Below the pieces are notes generated by a model that saw only the letters and a program-made list of their open reading frames with translations, searched no databases and had not been told where the DNA came from. Position numbers and translations under genes: made by a program. From positions 212,407-253,022 of IMG/VR virus record IMGVR_UViG_3300038393_003162: DNA of 40,616 bases, one strand, 5' to 3'. Source of the DNA: a virus (Duplodnaviria; Heunggongvirae; Uroviricota; Caudoviricetes). The first letter of the stretch is position 1. Every line of letters begins with the position of its first letter. Below, piece after piece: positions 32,567 through 40,616 of this stretch.

Positions 32567-33751
32567 TCAAGTCCAATAGTCGATGAAATACAGCTTGCCG
32601 TCCGCCTCTCCTAGAAGCACAGGAATGACCATCTTCTCTTCGATCATTTTCATGTCGGAGAGTTGGATTTCATTCAAGGGAGAGCCGTTGACAGTTGGAA
32701 CCGCCCCATCGGGACGGAATCTCGTGAATGTCGGGACCAACACGGAATAGTGGTCGAAGAGCGGCTTACCAGCCACATCAGGAAATGACTCCAGATGAGC
32801 AAGAAGTTTTTGCATTCGCTCTGGGGTGACCGGCATACTAGTGGTCGAATATATCCTCGGATGATATGCCATTCCGTTGGTAGGAATGTCTTTCCCGTTC
32901 AGAGATTCGAACTGGCTTTTCATGGCATTCGTTCCACGGATTCGAGTCGTTCCATTCATGGTCGTCATCTCAAATCCGTGAACCCTAGCAAGAACGACGG
33001 CTGCGGTCGAGATGGCACATCGATTAAAGCCGTAGTAACGGTCACGAGATGCGGACTGGAAGGTATCCAGTCGTTCCTTGGGACGCTGCGCCATGGCGAC
33101 GAGACCCATCTTGGCAAGATGCTCAACCTTCCGTTGTATCTTAGTGATTTCTTCACCGAAAGGAATCTCGTTCCGCACAAACCCGGCAAAGGACGTTGGG
33201 TAGTTATCCCACGAATCCGACTGGTCCTTGTAGAAACTGAATAGGTTTGTCTCCTGGCATCCTCGCCGCTGCCTCATCGCCAAGCGATGATTTTGGTCCT
33301 TGACGAAACGAACCAGGCTACAAGATTTCTTGTTGGGGTCTGTGATCCTCAACGTGACGAAATCGTAAACGTCCACGTCTTTGAATATCTTAGGAAGATA
33401 TTCGGCGATCAACCGATGACCCTTCTCACGGGAATACTTCGCGATGTCCAGCAGTTCGGTTGCGGTCAAGGTGAGCGAAGTATTGCTTCCGAGGGCGTTG
33501 GCAGCGATCGTCTCGACGTCGGGATGTTCGAGGTCGGCAACCGCCGCGAAGGCGCGAATATGTTCGCCGGTCGTGCCAAGGGCGATTGCTACGGTCTCAG
33601 CATCATATTCTAGCACGGTCTTCATCAGACCATTGGTCGAACCAATGGGTCTGATGGCAGAGCCATCGTTCTTCATCGCCTCATCTACCTTGGCATTGAC
33701 CAAAGTTGATTCGTTGGCAAGGTATTCCGGCGAATTCGCGTCCGTTCTCAT
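32567..33751 (-). CDS. hypothetical protein (~394 aa)
   Basis: ATGA overlap with the infC stop. Confidence 0.75.
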   Translation of the reverse strand: MRTDANSPEYLANESTLVNAKVDEAMKNDGSAIRPIGSTNGLMKTVLEYDAETVAIALGTTGEHIRAFAAVADLEHPDVETIAANALGSNTSLTLTATELLDIAKYSREKGHRLIAEYLPKIFKDVDVYDFVTLRITDPNKKSCSLVRFVKDQNHRLAMRQRRGCQETNLFSFYKDQSDSWDNYPTSFAGFVRNEIPFGEEITKIQRKVEHLAKMGLVAMAQRPKERLDTFQSASRDRYYGFNRCAISTAAVVLARVHGFEMTTMNGTTRIRGTNAMKSQFESLNGKDIPTNGMAYHPRIYSTTSMPVTPERMQKLLAHLESFPDVAGKPLFDHYSVLVPTFTRFRPDGAVPTVNGSPLNEIQLSDMKMIEEKMVIPVLLGEADGKLYFIDYWT

Positions 33752-34290
33752 TTTTGTTCTTTCTTGGGAATGACCCGACAAGTGATTGTTTTGCCATCCA
33801 TCCGAGGCGGCTGCTCAACCGAGGCAACGTCCTGGAGCATCGTGATCGCTCGCGAGATCACCTCGAAGCCCAGATCCTTGTGAACGATCAAACGTCCTTT
33901 GAATTTCAGAGTAAACTGGACCCGCTTGCCGTCGGCAAGAAACTCTTTGGCGTGGTCGACCTTTGTGGCAAGGTCGTGCTGATCCACAACCGCACTCAAC
34001 CTGATTTCCTTGTCTTGGATCATCTTCTGTTTCTTGAGACTTTCCTTCTCTCGCCGACCCTTGTCGTAACGATATTTACCATAGTCCATGATATGGCAAA
34101 CTGCTGGTCTGGCGTTTGGGACCATCTCGACCAGATCAAGTCCCTCGTCCTTGGCACGTCGCATGGCTTCGCTGACCGGCATGATCCCCAATTGCTGTCC
34201 GTCCATGATGACCCGCACGGGGGAGATGCGAATCTGCTCGTTGATCCTATTCAATTGCGGGCGTCCAGGGTTGTTTCTGAATTTCTGCAC
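33748..34290 (-). CDS. infC: translation initiation factor IF-3
   Basis: INEQIR...VR...G.QLGIM...A...A...GLDLVE...P.CHIMDYGKYRY, KEIRL, KxxHAKEFL; GTG start with AAGGA SD. Confidence 0.95.
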   Translation of the reverse strand: MQKFRNNPGRPQLNRINEQIRISPVRVIMDGQQLGIMPVSEAMRRAKDEGLDLVEMVPNARPAVCHIMDYGKYRYDKGRREKESLKKQKMIQDKEIRLSAVVDQHDLATKVDHAKEFLADGKRVQFTLKFKGRLIVHKDLGFEVISRAITMLQDVASVEQPPRMDGKTITCRVIPKKEQK

Positions 34291-34392
34291 TTGGATTCCT
34301 TAGTGCTATGAGACTACTAAGAATAATCAGTAGTCTTTTGCCGCAAACGGGAAACCAGGCGGGCATCTAACTCCCCGTTTGCCAAATGAATG

Positions 34393-36021
34393 TTACACCC
34401 GCGAGGCGAGTCCTGCTGTCACGCGAGAGAGAGCAGGAGTGATGTCCTTCGGTTCTACCACCACGTTGATGATGGTCGCCACCTTGCTCTTAAATGCTGA
34501 ATTCACAGCATCTTCAAGTTCTTTCTCGGTCTCGACGTAATGCCCTTCGCCGCCAAAGACCATTGTGGCGTAGTGATAATCCCAATTGTGGATGTCGTTG
34601 AACTTGCCATCCAGGATGAACCGCTCGGTCGTGTATCCCTTGTTGTTCAGGACGAAGATGATCGGATTCAGATTCCTGCGGACCAAGGTGCTGATCTCAC
34701 TGAAGCTCATCTGAAAGGCACCGTCGCCCACGAGGACAATTGGTCGCGTCTCTGGCTGAGCTAAGCTGACGCCCAATGCAGCCGGGATCGCCATCCCCAT
34801 CGACGTGTAATACGCCGGGCTGATGAACGTATTGGCATGGCTCACCGTCAGGTCCATCGCCCCGAACATACAATCCCCGACATCCGTGATGATCGCCGTA
34901 TTCTTGGAGATGATCGAATCGATCTTCTCGAAGAATCGCTGCGTCTTGATCTTCGGGTTGCCTTCGGCGACCTCGAAGGGCTTGGGAACCCCCTTCTTGT
35001 AGACCACCGGGGACGGCTTCTTGGTCACTTGGGACTGGAAGAGCTTAGAGCAGAACTCGGGGAAGACAATGTCAGAATAGTTGTGATTACGGACCTTGAG
35101 GCATCCCACATTCGCCCGCACGGTCTGGCGAAGGGCGAAGTTCGGCTTGGCACTCCCCAAGACCATGTCCGTGAGCATCACACCCAACATTAGAATGCAG
35201 TCCGATTGCTCGACCATGTCCTTGACGTGCTGGGGAGCCGCTGCTCCCGAATAAACGCCACCGAACAGGGGGTGCCGCTCGCCGACCGTACTCTTGCTGA
35301 GCATCTCCGTGAACATGGGGACATTGGTCTTCTCAGCCCACTTGACCAATTCCTCGCCCAAGCCGAACCGAGAAAGCTCGACCCCCGCCAAGATCACGGG
35401 ATTCTTGGATTCCTCGACCCATTGCGTAACTTCCGCAATCGCTTCACCAAGATTGATCGGATCGCTGGTCGGAGTTTTGGGTGTCCCCTGCTCTACGTCG
35501 TAGCCGATCGGCTTGTCCGCGACGTCGCGAGGCAATTCGATATAGACCGGTTGCTTATGATGCTTGATCGCCTCAAAGACGCGATCGATCTCGTAAGCTG
35601 CCGTCGCCGGATTATCCAGCACAGCACTGGCGCAAGTGATATTCGAGAATATCTCTCGCTGCGTGTCGAAGTCGCGGACCGTGTGGTGGAGCAACATTCC
35701 TTCGGTCCGTTCCTTGATGCCGGGGCTGCCTACCAAGACAACGACCGGGCTCCGCTCCGCATACGCTCCCGCGATCGAATTAAGGGTCTTGAGCGAACCG
35801 ACATTGTAGGTCACACAGACACAGCCGATGCCGTGGACGCGAGCGTAGGCGTCAGCAGCGAACCCAGCATGCGACTCGTCCGTCGTGCCGACGAGGTCGA
35901 TATCTGGGTCATCTTCCATCTTCTTGAACATTGAGAGGATGTAATCCCCAGGCACTCCGAAGACCACACCGATCCCAGCGTTGATCATCCGTTCCTTGAG
36001 GAAATTGGCAACACTAGGCAT
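34393..36021 (-). CDS. TPP-dependent 2-oxoacid decarboxylase (pyruvate/indolepyruvate decarboxylase family)
   Basis: FGVPGDY, E..AGFAADAYAR, VTYNVG, LLHHT, GDGAFQM...NNKGYTTER. Confidence 0.93.
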   Translation of the reverse strand: MPSVANFLKERMINAGIGVVFGVPGDYILSMFKKMEDDPDIDLVGTTDESHAGFAADAYARVHGIGCVCVTYNVGSLKTLNSIAGAYAERSPVVVLVGSPGIKERTEGMLLHHTVRDFDTQREIFSNITCASAVLDNPATAAYEIDRVFEAIKHHKQPVYIELPRDVADKPIGYDVEQGTPKTPTSDPINLGEAIAEVTQWVEESKNPVILAGVELSRFGLGEELVKWAEKTNVPMFTEMLSKSTVGERHPLFGGVYSGAAAPQHVKDMVEQSDCILMLGVMLTDMVLGSAKPNFALRQTVRANVGCLKVRNHNYSDIVFPEFCSKLFQSQVTKKPSPVVYKKGVPKPFEVAEGNPKIKTQRFFEKIDSIISKNTAIITDVGDCMFGAMDLTVSHANTFISPAYYTSMGMAIPAALGVSLAQPETRPIVLVGDGAFQMSFSEISTLVRRNLNPIIFVLNNKGYTTERFILDGKFNDIHNWDYHYATMVFGGEGHYVETEKELEDAVNSAFKSKVATIINVVVEPKDITPALSRVTAGLASRV

Positions 36022-36133
36022 TAGATTTTTACCTGTAAAAGGAAAGAATTGGAATCAGCAACAGATACTCACCTCGTCAATAATTATATCGTAGCACAAT
36101 TCCAAGTTTCAGGCAAGCCTAATTGACCTTATT

Positions 36134-37225
36134 TTACTCTGCTGTGGGCGAATCGATGATTTGGATCAAAAAGCCTTCACCCGAAAGCGGAAATCTCTGA
36201 ATCCATTCGACCCCAATCCCCAGATCACACCCGAAATCGCTCGGGGTCAAATCAGGGTCCGTGAAGGTCGGAACTATCGAAGGAGTATCGTCACAGGTCA
36301 CGCACATGGCACTCACCACGCCGTTCTCATTGTAACTCGTTTCGTTCGGCGAGGCAACGCCGTTGGTATCCAGATACACAGAACCGTCGTTGTGCGTAGT
36401 GCCGGTGTAATAATTAGAGTCCGTCCACAGATGGATCGGACCTGTCCAATGGACATTGGAAGGCAAGGCGTATTCTGTCTGATTGGGTTGGGTCGGATTT
36501 GGTATCTGTACGGAGACTTTCACCGAACTATCCGTCTGACTGCTGCCTGTGTAGTAATCGCCGTTCGCCGCGATGTTAATCGTCCCAACCCATTTGCCTC
36601 CGGGGAGGAAATATTGCGGGGCTTTCATTTTTAGCAACTTAAATTCGAGATAGAAACAACCCGGCAAACAGGTATCCTGAGACTGCCATTCATAGATCAA
36701 ATAAGTATCGGCTAATTGCTCTGTGGTCTGCCCGTCCAGATTTTCTACGTCCTCGTAAACGGCTTCGGTAGTCGCCGGGGCATTCATGATGCGGAAGATA
36801 CGCATCTTCGACCCCTTCTTCCACTTGGTTGCTGTCGTGCTGTTGTAACCTCGCTGCACCAGCAATAGCTTGTTGTCCTCGTCGAAACCTTCGACGATCA
36901 TCTGCTCGGGGTTCCGGACCCGGTTCATGATGATCACATCGCCGACCATCACCTGGTCAAAACCGAGATTGTCTGCCAATTGAAAGTACGTGTCGGTCGC
37001 CGCGATGTCCTTCTTCAGTCGCGCGGTTGCCCACATATTAACCTCAAGGACCAAGCCTTGAAGCTCCAAAGGACCGTCGCAATTCTCGACATTGACCTTA
37101 AAAGGGGGCTTGGTGTCGTGGCGACGGATCGTGTGGTCGGGGCAACGGTCCGAAGGGCAGTTCGATAAGTCGGAATTGCAACTCGTGGAACCGTAGAAAC
37201 TGGTGCTGGGTATGTGGATTGGCAT
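36134..37225 (-). CDS. probable virion baseplate/tail protein (BppU N-terminal-like)
   Basis: IRRHDTKPPF.V...DGPL.L.G pattern; RGYNSTTA motif; TAAATA 5 nt upstream. Confidence 0.55.
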   Translation of the reverse strand: MPIHIPSTSFYGSTSCNSDLSNCPSDRCPDHTIRRHDTKPPFKVNVENCDGPLELQGLVLEVNMWATARLKKDIAATDTYFQLADNLGFDQVMVGDVIIMNRVRNPEQMIVEGFDEDNKLLLVQRGYNSTTATKWKKGSKMRIFRIMNAPATTEAVYEDVENLDGQTTEQLADTYLIYEWQSQDTCLPGCFYLEFKLLKMKAPQYFLPGGKWVGTINIAANGDYYTGSSQTDSSVKVSVQIPNPTQPNQTEYALPSNVHWTGPIHLWTDSNYYTGTTHNDGSVYLDTNGVASPNETSYNENGVVSAMCVTCDDTPSIVPTFTDPDLTPSDFGCDLGIGVEWIQRFPLSGEGFLIQIIDSPTAE

Positions 37226-37247
37226 AGAGTTATTTATGCCAGGCAGG

Positions 37248-37487
37248 TCAATATTCAAGCGTCTGCCCATTTACTGTGGAGATATGTTGCTTGATCTCCC
37301 CGACATAGCGATCGTTGAGGACCGCGATCTTACTGATCTGATCCAGGATCAATTGATTTTCTTTGCGAATGATCTCCTGTTGTTTCTTGATCTCGCCAAG
37401 ATGGACGATCGTCCTTCTTCCGCCGACGAAGACCAGCAGCATGATCATGATGAGGACAACACACTCAGAGATATCTCGGTCTTTCAT
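37248..37487 (-). CDS. small membrane protein with coiled coil
   Basis: N-terminal TM helix then amphipathic helix; AAGGAG SD. Confidence 0.6.
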   Translation of the reverse strand: MKDRDISECVVLIMIMLLVFVGGRRTIVHLGEIKKQQEIIRKENQLILDQISKIAVLNDRYVGEIKQHISTVNGQTLEY

Positions 37488-37728
37488 TGTTTTTCTCCTT
37501 GCGAGACTCAGCATTGTCCACATAAGCCACGATCTTGCCTGCCACCCGATGTTCGTCTTTGCTGATCGGTCTAGACCAATCGATCAAAACACCCGCAATT
37601 TCCAATGGATATTGACCTATCTTGCCGTCGAGCCAACTCGACTCCTTGTGCCAATACCACCTGATCCCGGAAACCGGCAATTTACATTCCAGGAGCATTA
37701 TACGAAGCTGCTCTTTGAATTTAGACAC
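37465..37728 (-). CDS. hypothetical protein (87 aa)
   Basis: Overlapping operon arrangement. Confidence 0.6.
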   Translation of the reverse strand: MSKFKEQLRIMLLECKLPVSGIRWYWHKESSWLDGKIGQYPLEIAGVLIDWSRPISKDEHRVAGKIVAYVDNAESRKEKNNERPRYL

Positions 37729-38128
37729 CGGATCGCCTTCGCTTCTTGCGATTTCTCTTCACACGCACCGTCGGATCAAACCAGTCAAAACTAAGGTCCT
37801 TCAATCGAGATTGCCAATAACACACTCTAAGTATCCTTATGAATTCATATTCATTATATGACAAATTACCTTTATCTCTATTGCATTTGAAACAGGCTAC
37901 GACCAAATTATCCAACGTACTCTTACCGCCTTCGCACTGCGGTATAATGTGATCCAAGGTCGCATCAGCATCCCTGTTGTCATAGACCAAATTAATCAGC
38001 AAGCAATTACAATAATGACAACGACCTTGTTGCTTCTGAACAAGGTCGTCCCGCATTGCCGCCTTCTTTGCCGCTTTTCGATTCCTGCTCCGTTTGGGTC
38101 TTGACTTTTTCGACTTCTTATGCTTCAT
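37721..38128 (-). CDS. HNH endonuclease
   Basis: CHYC...TLDHIIP...GG...DNLVVACFKCN..KG. Confidence 0.88.
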   Translation of the reverse strand: MKHKKSKKSRPKRSRNRKAAKKAAMRDDLVQKQQGRCHYCNCLLINLVYDNRDADATLDHIIPQCEGGKSTLDNLVVACFKCNRDKGNLSYNEYEFIRILRVCYWQSRLKDLSFDWFDPTVRVKRNRKKRRRSGV

Positions 38129-38658
38129 TACCCAAAGACCCCTTTGGCATACAGGTCATCTGTCCAGTCCCGTATCCAATTGACGTTTCCTTGGAACTCT
38201 TCGAGGGTCACGGTCGCCATTTTTGCCATGTGCTTAGCAATCTCCCAATCTTCGTCATCGGCAGTCATCGAGCCTTTGTCGGGCTTATTGTTGAAATAGA
38301 TGACCTTGATGATTCCGCTCTTGACGATTCTTTTCATGCAGCGAGAACAGGGACGAGCAGTCACGTATATGGTGGCACCCTTGGGCTTCTCGCTACAATA
38401 GTCGATTGCATTGTCTTCGGCGTGGTCTAGATAGGGATACTTATATGGTCTGATCCAATCGATCTCGTTGTCGGGGAATTGCTTCGGCGGTCCATTATAG
38501 CCACTTCCTAGGGGACGATTGTCGCTACCGATGATCACTGCACCGACCTGCGTGCTGGGGTCATGCGACATCGAAGCCCACATCCATGCCATGCCCATGT
38601 AACGGTCGACTCGCTCAGGGGTCCAACGCGGCGGATGGCGATGCTTCTTCTTGGACAT
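38128..38658 (-). CDS. dCMP deaminase family protein
   Basis: VGAVI, GYNG, HAExNAI, PCxxC. Confidence 0.92.
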   Translation of the reverse strand: MSKKKHRHPPRWTPERVDRYMGMAWMWASMSHDPSTQVGAVIIGSDNRPLGSGYNGPPKQFPDNEIDWIRPYKYPYLDHAEDNAIDYCSEKPKGATIYVTARPCSRCMKRIVKSGIIKVIYFNNKPDKGSMTADDEDWEIAKHMAKMATVTLEEFQGNVNWIRDWTDDLYAKGVFG

Positions 38659-38670
38659 CTCGCATCTCCC

Positions 38671-39090
38671 TTAATAGGCGCTGGACATTTGAAGAAATTC
38701 AAATTCAACATCGGCAGCTTCGTTCTTGAAACAAGCTTGAAACGCACGAAGTTGCTGCCTCTGTTCGAATTCCAAATACCTCCGAATCACGGGAACCGGC
38801 ATCGGGATCTTCTGCGACCAACCGGCTGTCCCTTTCATCTCGACGATATAGGACAGCCCGATTGTCCCGAGATTCAAATGGCCGCAGCAATGGACCAAGC
38901 AGGTATCGTTGATGCTGGTGTAAGTATATCCAGGCAAAGGAATGCTGTGGGAGCAAGGAATCTTCACCTTGCGATTCCTCGAAGCGTCCTTGTGAATTGC
39001 GACCACTATAATGACGGTTGGATCAAAAACCACAGAAGGTTTCAAGGACCCGCGAATATCCTTTATGTCTTTATCAAAAACCTGCGGCAC
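38671..39090 (-). CDS. hypothetical protein (139 aa)
   Basis: GTG start with GAGG SD. Confidence 0.6.
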   Translation of the reverse strand: MPQVFDKDIKDIRGSLKPSVVFDPTVIIVVAIHKDASRNRKVKIPCSHSIPLPGYTYTSINDTCLVHCCGHLNLGTIGLSYIVEMKGTAGWSQKIPMPVPVIRRYLEFEQRQQLRAFQACFKNEAADVEFEFLQMSSAY

Positions 39091-39130
39091 GATTCCATCC
39101 TCAAAACAAGGTTTATGATCAGCGTGATTC

Positions 39131-39415
39131 TCATTGATTCAAGAACCATAATAACATAACTTGCAAAACGAATAAAGTCCAAATAACCTTCTGAGCTACC
39201 TGTATCCTCCAAAACCGCAGCAATACCAAGATCCCCAGAACCGTCACCAACCCTGCGCATTTCAACCCCATGAACAGGGCGATCGACCCACCGTCCTGGC
39301 GAATCAGCCATCGCCCCACCGGATTCAATTCAGAACTTAACAAGACATGCTGGACCTTGATTGACCAGTAGACATCAATCGCCGAAATCCACCCGATCAC
39401 CAGCCACGCGATCAT
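39131..39415 (-). CDS. membrane protein, DUF5658-like (D...S...E.NP...F..K)
   Basis: AIDVYWS...ELNPVG.WLI...LFMGLK; three hydrophobic segments. Confidence 0.6.
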   Translation of the reverse strand: MIAWLVIGWISAIDVYWSIKVQHVLLSSELNPVGRWLIRQDGGSIALFMGLKCAGLVTVLGILVLLRFWRIQVAQKVIWTLFVLQVMLLWFLNQ

Positions 39416-40058
39416 GTACCCGATCAGTTCCCAAGTTATCTTGATGCCGGGAGACAACGGTAGGTCGGTCGTCACTTCGCAGTTCGGCTTCGATCCCCTT
39501 ACGGAATGCCTCGGGCGAAAACTGCACCTTCTCGAAATCGATGCCGATTTCCTTGGCAATCTTGCTTGCATCCTGCCTGCTCACTTTCTTTTGCGTCGGC
39601 TGCTTCTCTGATCCCATGAGCCGATCAACATGATCTCGCCGGATGTAATATCCAGGCGTACTTTTTAGGTTAGAAAACACAGTCTTTGCCGCTTTCATGA
39701 GGTCGTCATTGACCTCTGCCTTAACCGGCTTCTTCGGCTTTTCGTCTTTGGACTTATCGGTTTTTCGGTCCTGAGATTTCTTATCAGCCAAAGCCGCCAA
39801 GTCTTTCTTCAACAACTCCATCTCGCGGACGAAATCATCCATGCTTGTGTCGGGCTTCCTTACTTTTTTTTTTCGCGAAGGCTTCTTCTTGGTGTCCCGC
39901 TTAATCATCTTCCCGTAGTTGTCGACCATCTTCGGGTTGTATTGGTGGGCGAAAGGGTTGCCGCCCACATACAATGCCGGATACGCCCACGGAGCATTCA
40001 TCGCTCGGGTCGCCGGAGAAGACTCATGGCTCAACATCCAATCCCTGAAACTTTGCAT
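39375..40058 (-). CDS. Lys-rich protein with internal-protein-like N-terminus and a partial DUF5661-like C-terminal domain
   Basis: MQSFRDWMLSHE; A.KIAKEIGIDF...FSPEAFRKGIEAEL; TAAATA and GAGG upstream. Confidence 0.6.
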   Translation of the reverse strand: MQSFRDWMLSHESSPATRAMNAPWAYPALYVGGNPFAHQYNPKMVDNYGKMIKRDTKKKPSRKKKVRKPDTSMDDFVREMELLKKDLAALADKKSQDRKTDKSKDEKPKKPVKAEVNDDLMKAAKTVFSNLKSTPGYYIRRDHVDRLMGSEKQPTQKKVSRQDASKIAKEIGIDFEKVQFSPEAFRKGIEAELRSDDRPTVVSRHQDNLGTDRVHDRVAGDRVDFGD

Positions 40059-40095
40059 AACGCCTCACTCACAAATTTCAGGTATTTATTGCCTT

Positions 40096-40314
40096 TCACT
40101 CAATAAATGGAGGTTTATGCACAACAAAATCTGCCGCTATCCTTAAAGCAAAGTGATTCCTGTCACGGAGATGGGTCTTCACCTTGTCGAGAGCCGCCGC
40201 TGGAGAGGTTGCGAGGGTGTTGAAACGAAGGTCGACATCCTTCCGCAAGGCATCCTCTCGCACCACGACCATCACCTCGTACAGCGATAAGTCTTCATTG
40301 ACCAAGCATGCCAT
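40096..40314 (-). CDS. hypothetical protein (72 aa)
   Basis: Co-oriented short ORF. Confidence 0.55.
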   Translation of the reverse strand: MACLVNEDLSLYEVMVVVREDALRKDVDLRFNTLATSPAAALDKVKTHLRDRNHFALRIAADFVVHKPPFIE

Positions 40315-40325
40315 CGATTACTCCT

Positions 40326-40616
40326 TTATGGCTTATACTTACCCTTTTCGATCTTTTCCAGCAACTCCAAATCCATCCGTCGCTTGGCGTCCCGGTGCGC
40401 TGCCTCGATCATTTGCCGCTTCTTGTTCAACACCTGGAGACCTCGCCGCTGTGCCACATACCCCGTATGTTCGGTGAAATACCTGAGCGAATCAAATACG
40501 CACATATACCTGAGAAATTGCTTTTGGAGATCGGTCTTGAAATACCGATAAAGGTACTGCTTGTCACGGGGGACGCAATCCCCCAGAAAATCACCTGCCA
40601 AAAAAAGAGTGTCCAT
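40326..40616 (-). CDS. hypothetical protein (may extend beyond the window)
   Basis: ATG exactly at the window edge. Confidence 0.6.
   Translation of the reverse strand: MDTLFLAGDFLGDCVPRDKQYLYRYFKTDLQKQFLRYMCVFDSLRYFTEHTGYVAQRRGLQVLNKKRQMIEAAHRDAKRRMDLELLEKIEKGKYKP

Noticed and set aside
1-40616. CRISPR array, integrase/transposase, or stop-codon recoding
   Set aside because: No regularly spaced direct repeats or recombinase motifs were seen; conserved genes are full length under the standard code and no suppressor tRNA was found.

Overview
This window looks like part of a large (jumbo/huge) lytic dsDNA bacteriophage genome, translated with the standard bacterial code. Almost all genes are on the minus strand. 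Bases 1-10.9 kb hold a dispersed tRNA array (Val-GAC, Asp-GTC, Ala-TGC, His-GTG, Arg-TCG, Asn-GTT, Thr-TGT, Pro-TGG, fMet-CAT; none encodes CCA). The array is interleaved with three AT-rich HNH endonuclease genes, small orphans, two tandem stand-alone EF-Tu domain-II-like proteins, a class I glutamine amidotransferase and an acyl-CoA thioesterase. Bases 11-24 kb carry a repeat-bearing HNH-like protein, NAD-dependent DNA ligase, a metallophosphoesterase, a FliA-like sigma factor, an amidoligase, a Gly-rich virion protein and PhoH. Bases 24-40.6 kb carry dUTPase, DnaJ, an amino-sugar aminotransferase/acetyltransferase/glycosyltransferase cluster, a Cys-less HesB-like protein, IF3, a TPP-dependent 2-oxoacid decarboxylase, a baseplate-like protein, dCMP deaminase and orphans. 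The most striking unexplained signal is a set of ORF-free, heavily base-paired intergenic elements. These include a 283-nt RNA with a canonical tRNA frame plus a ~200-nt D-loop insertion, a pseudoknotted terminator/antiterminator switch inside the tRNA operon, a stand-alone promoter-to-terminator sRNA, and 300-400-nt structured RNAs. A second signal is four proteins with T4 internal-protein-like N-termini, two of which look like an ADP-ribosyltransferase and a Zn-metalloprotease. A Planctomycetota host is a tentative inference. All family assignments come from motif recognition by eye; no database searches or folding programs were run.
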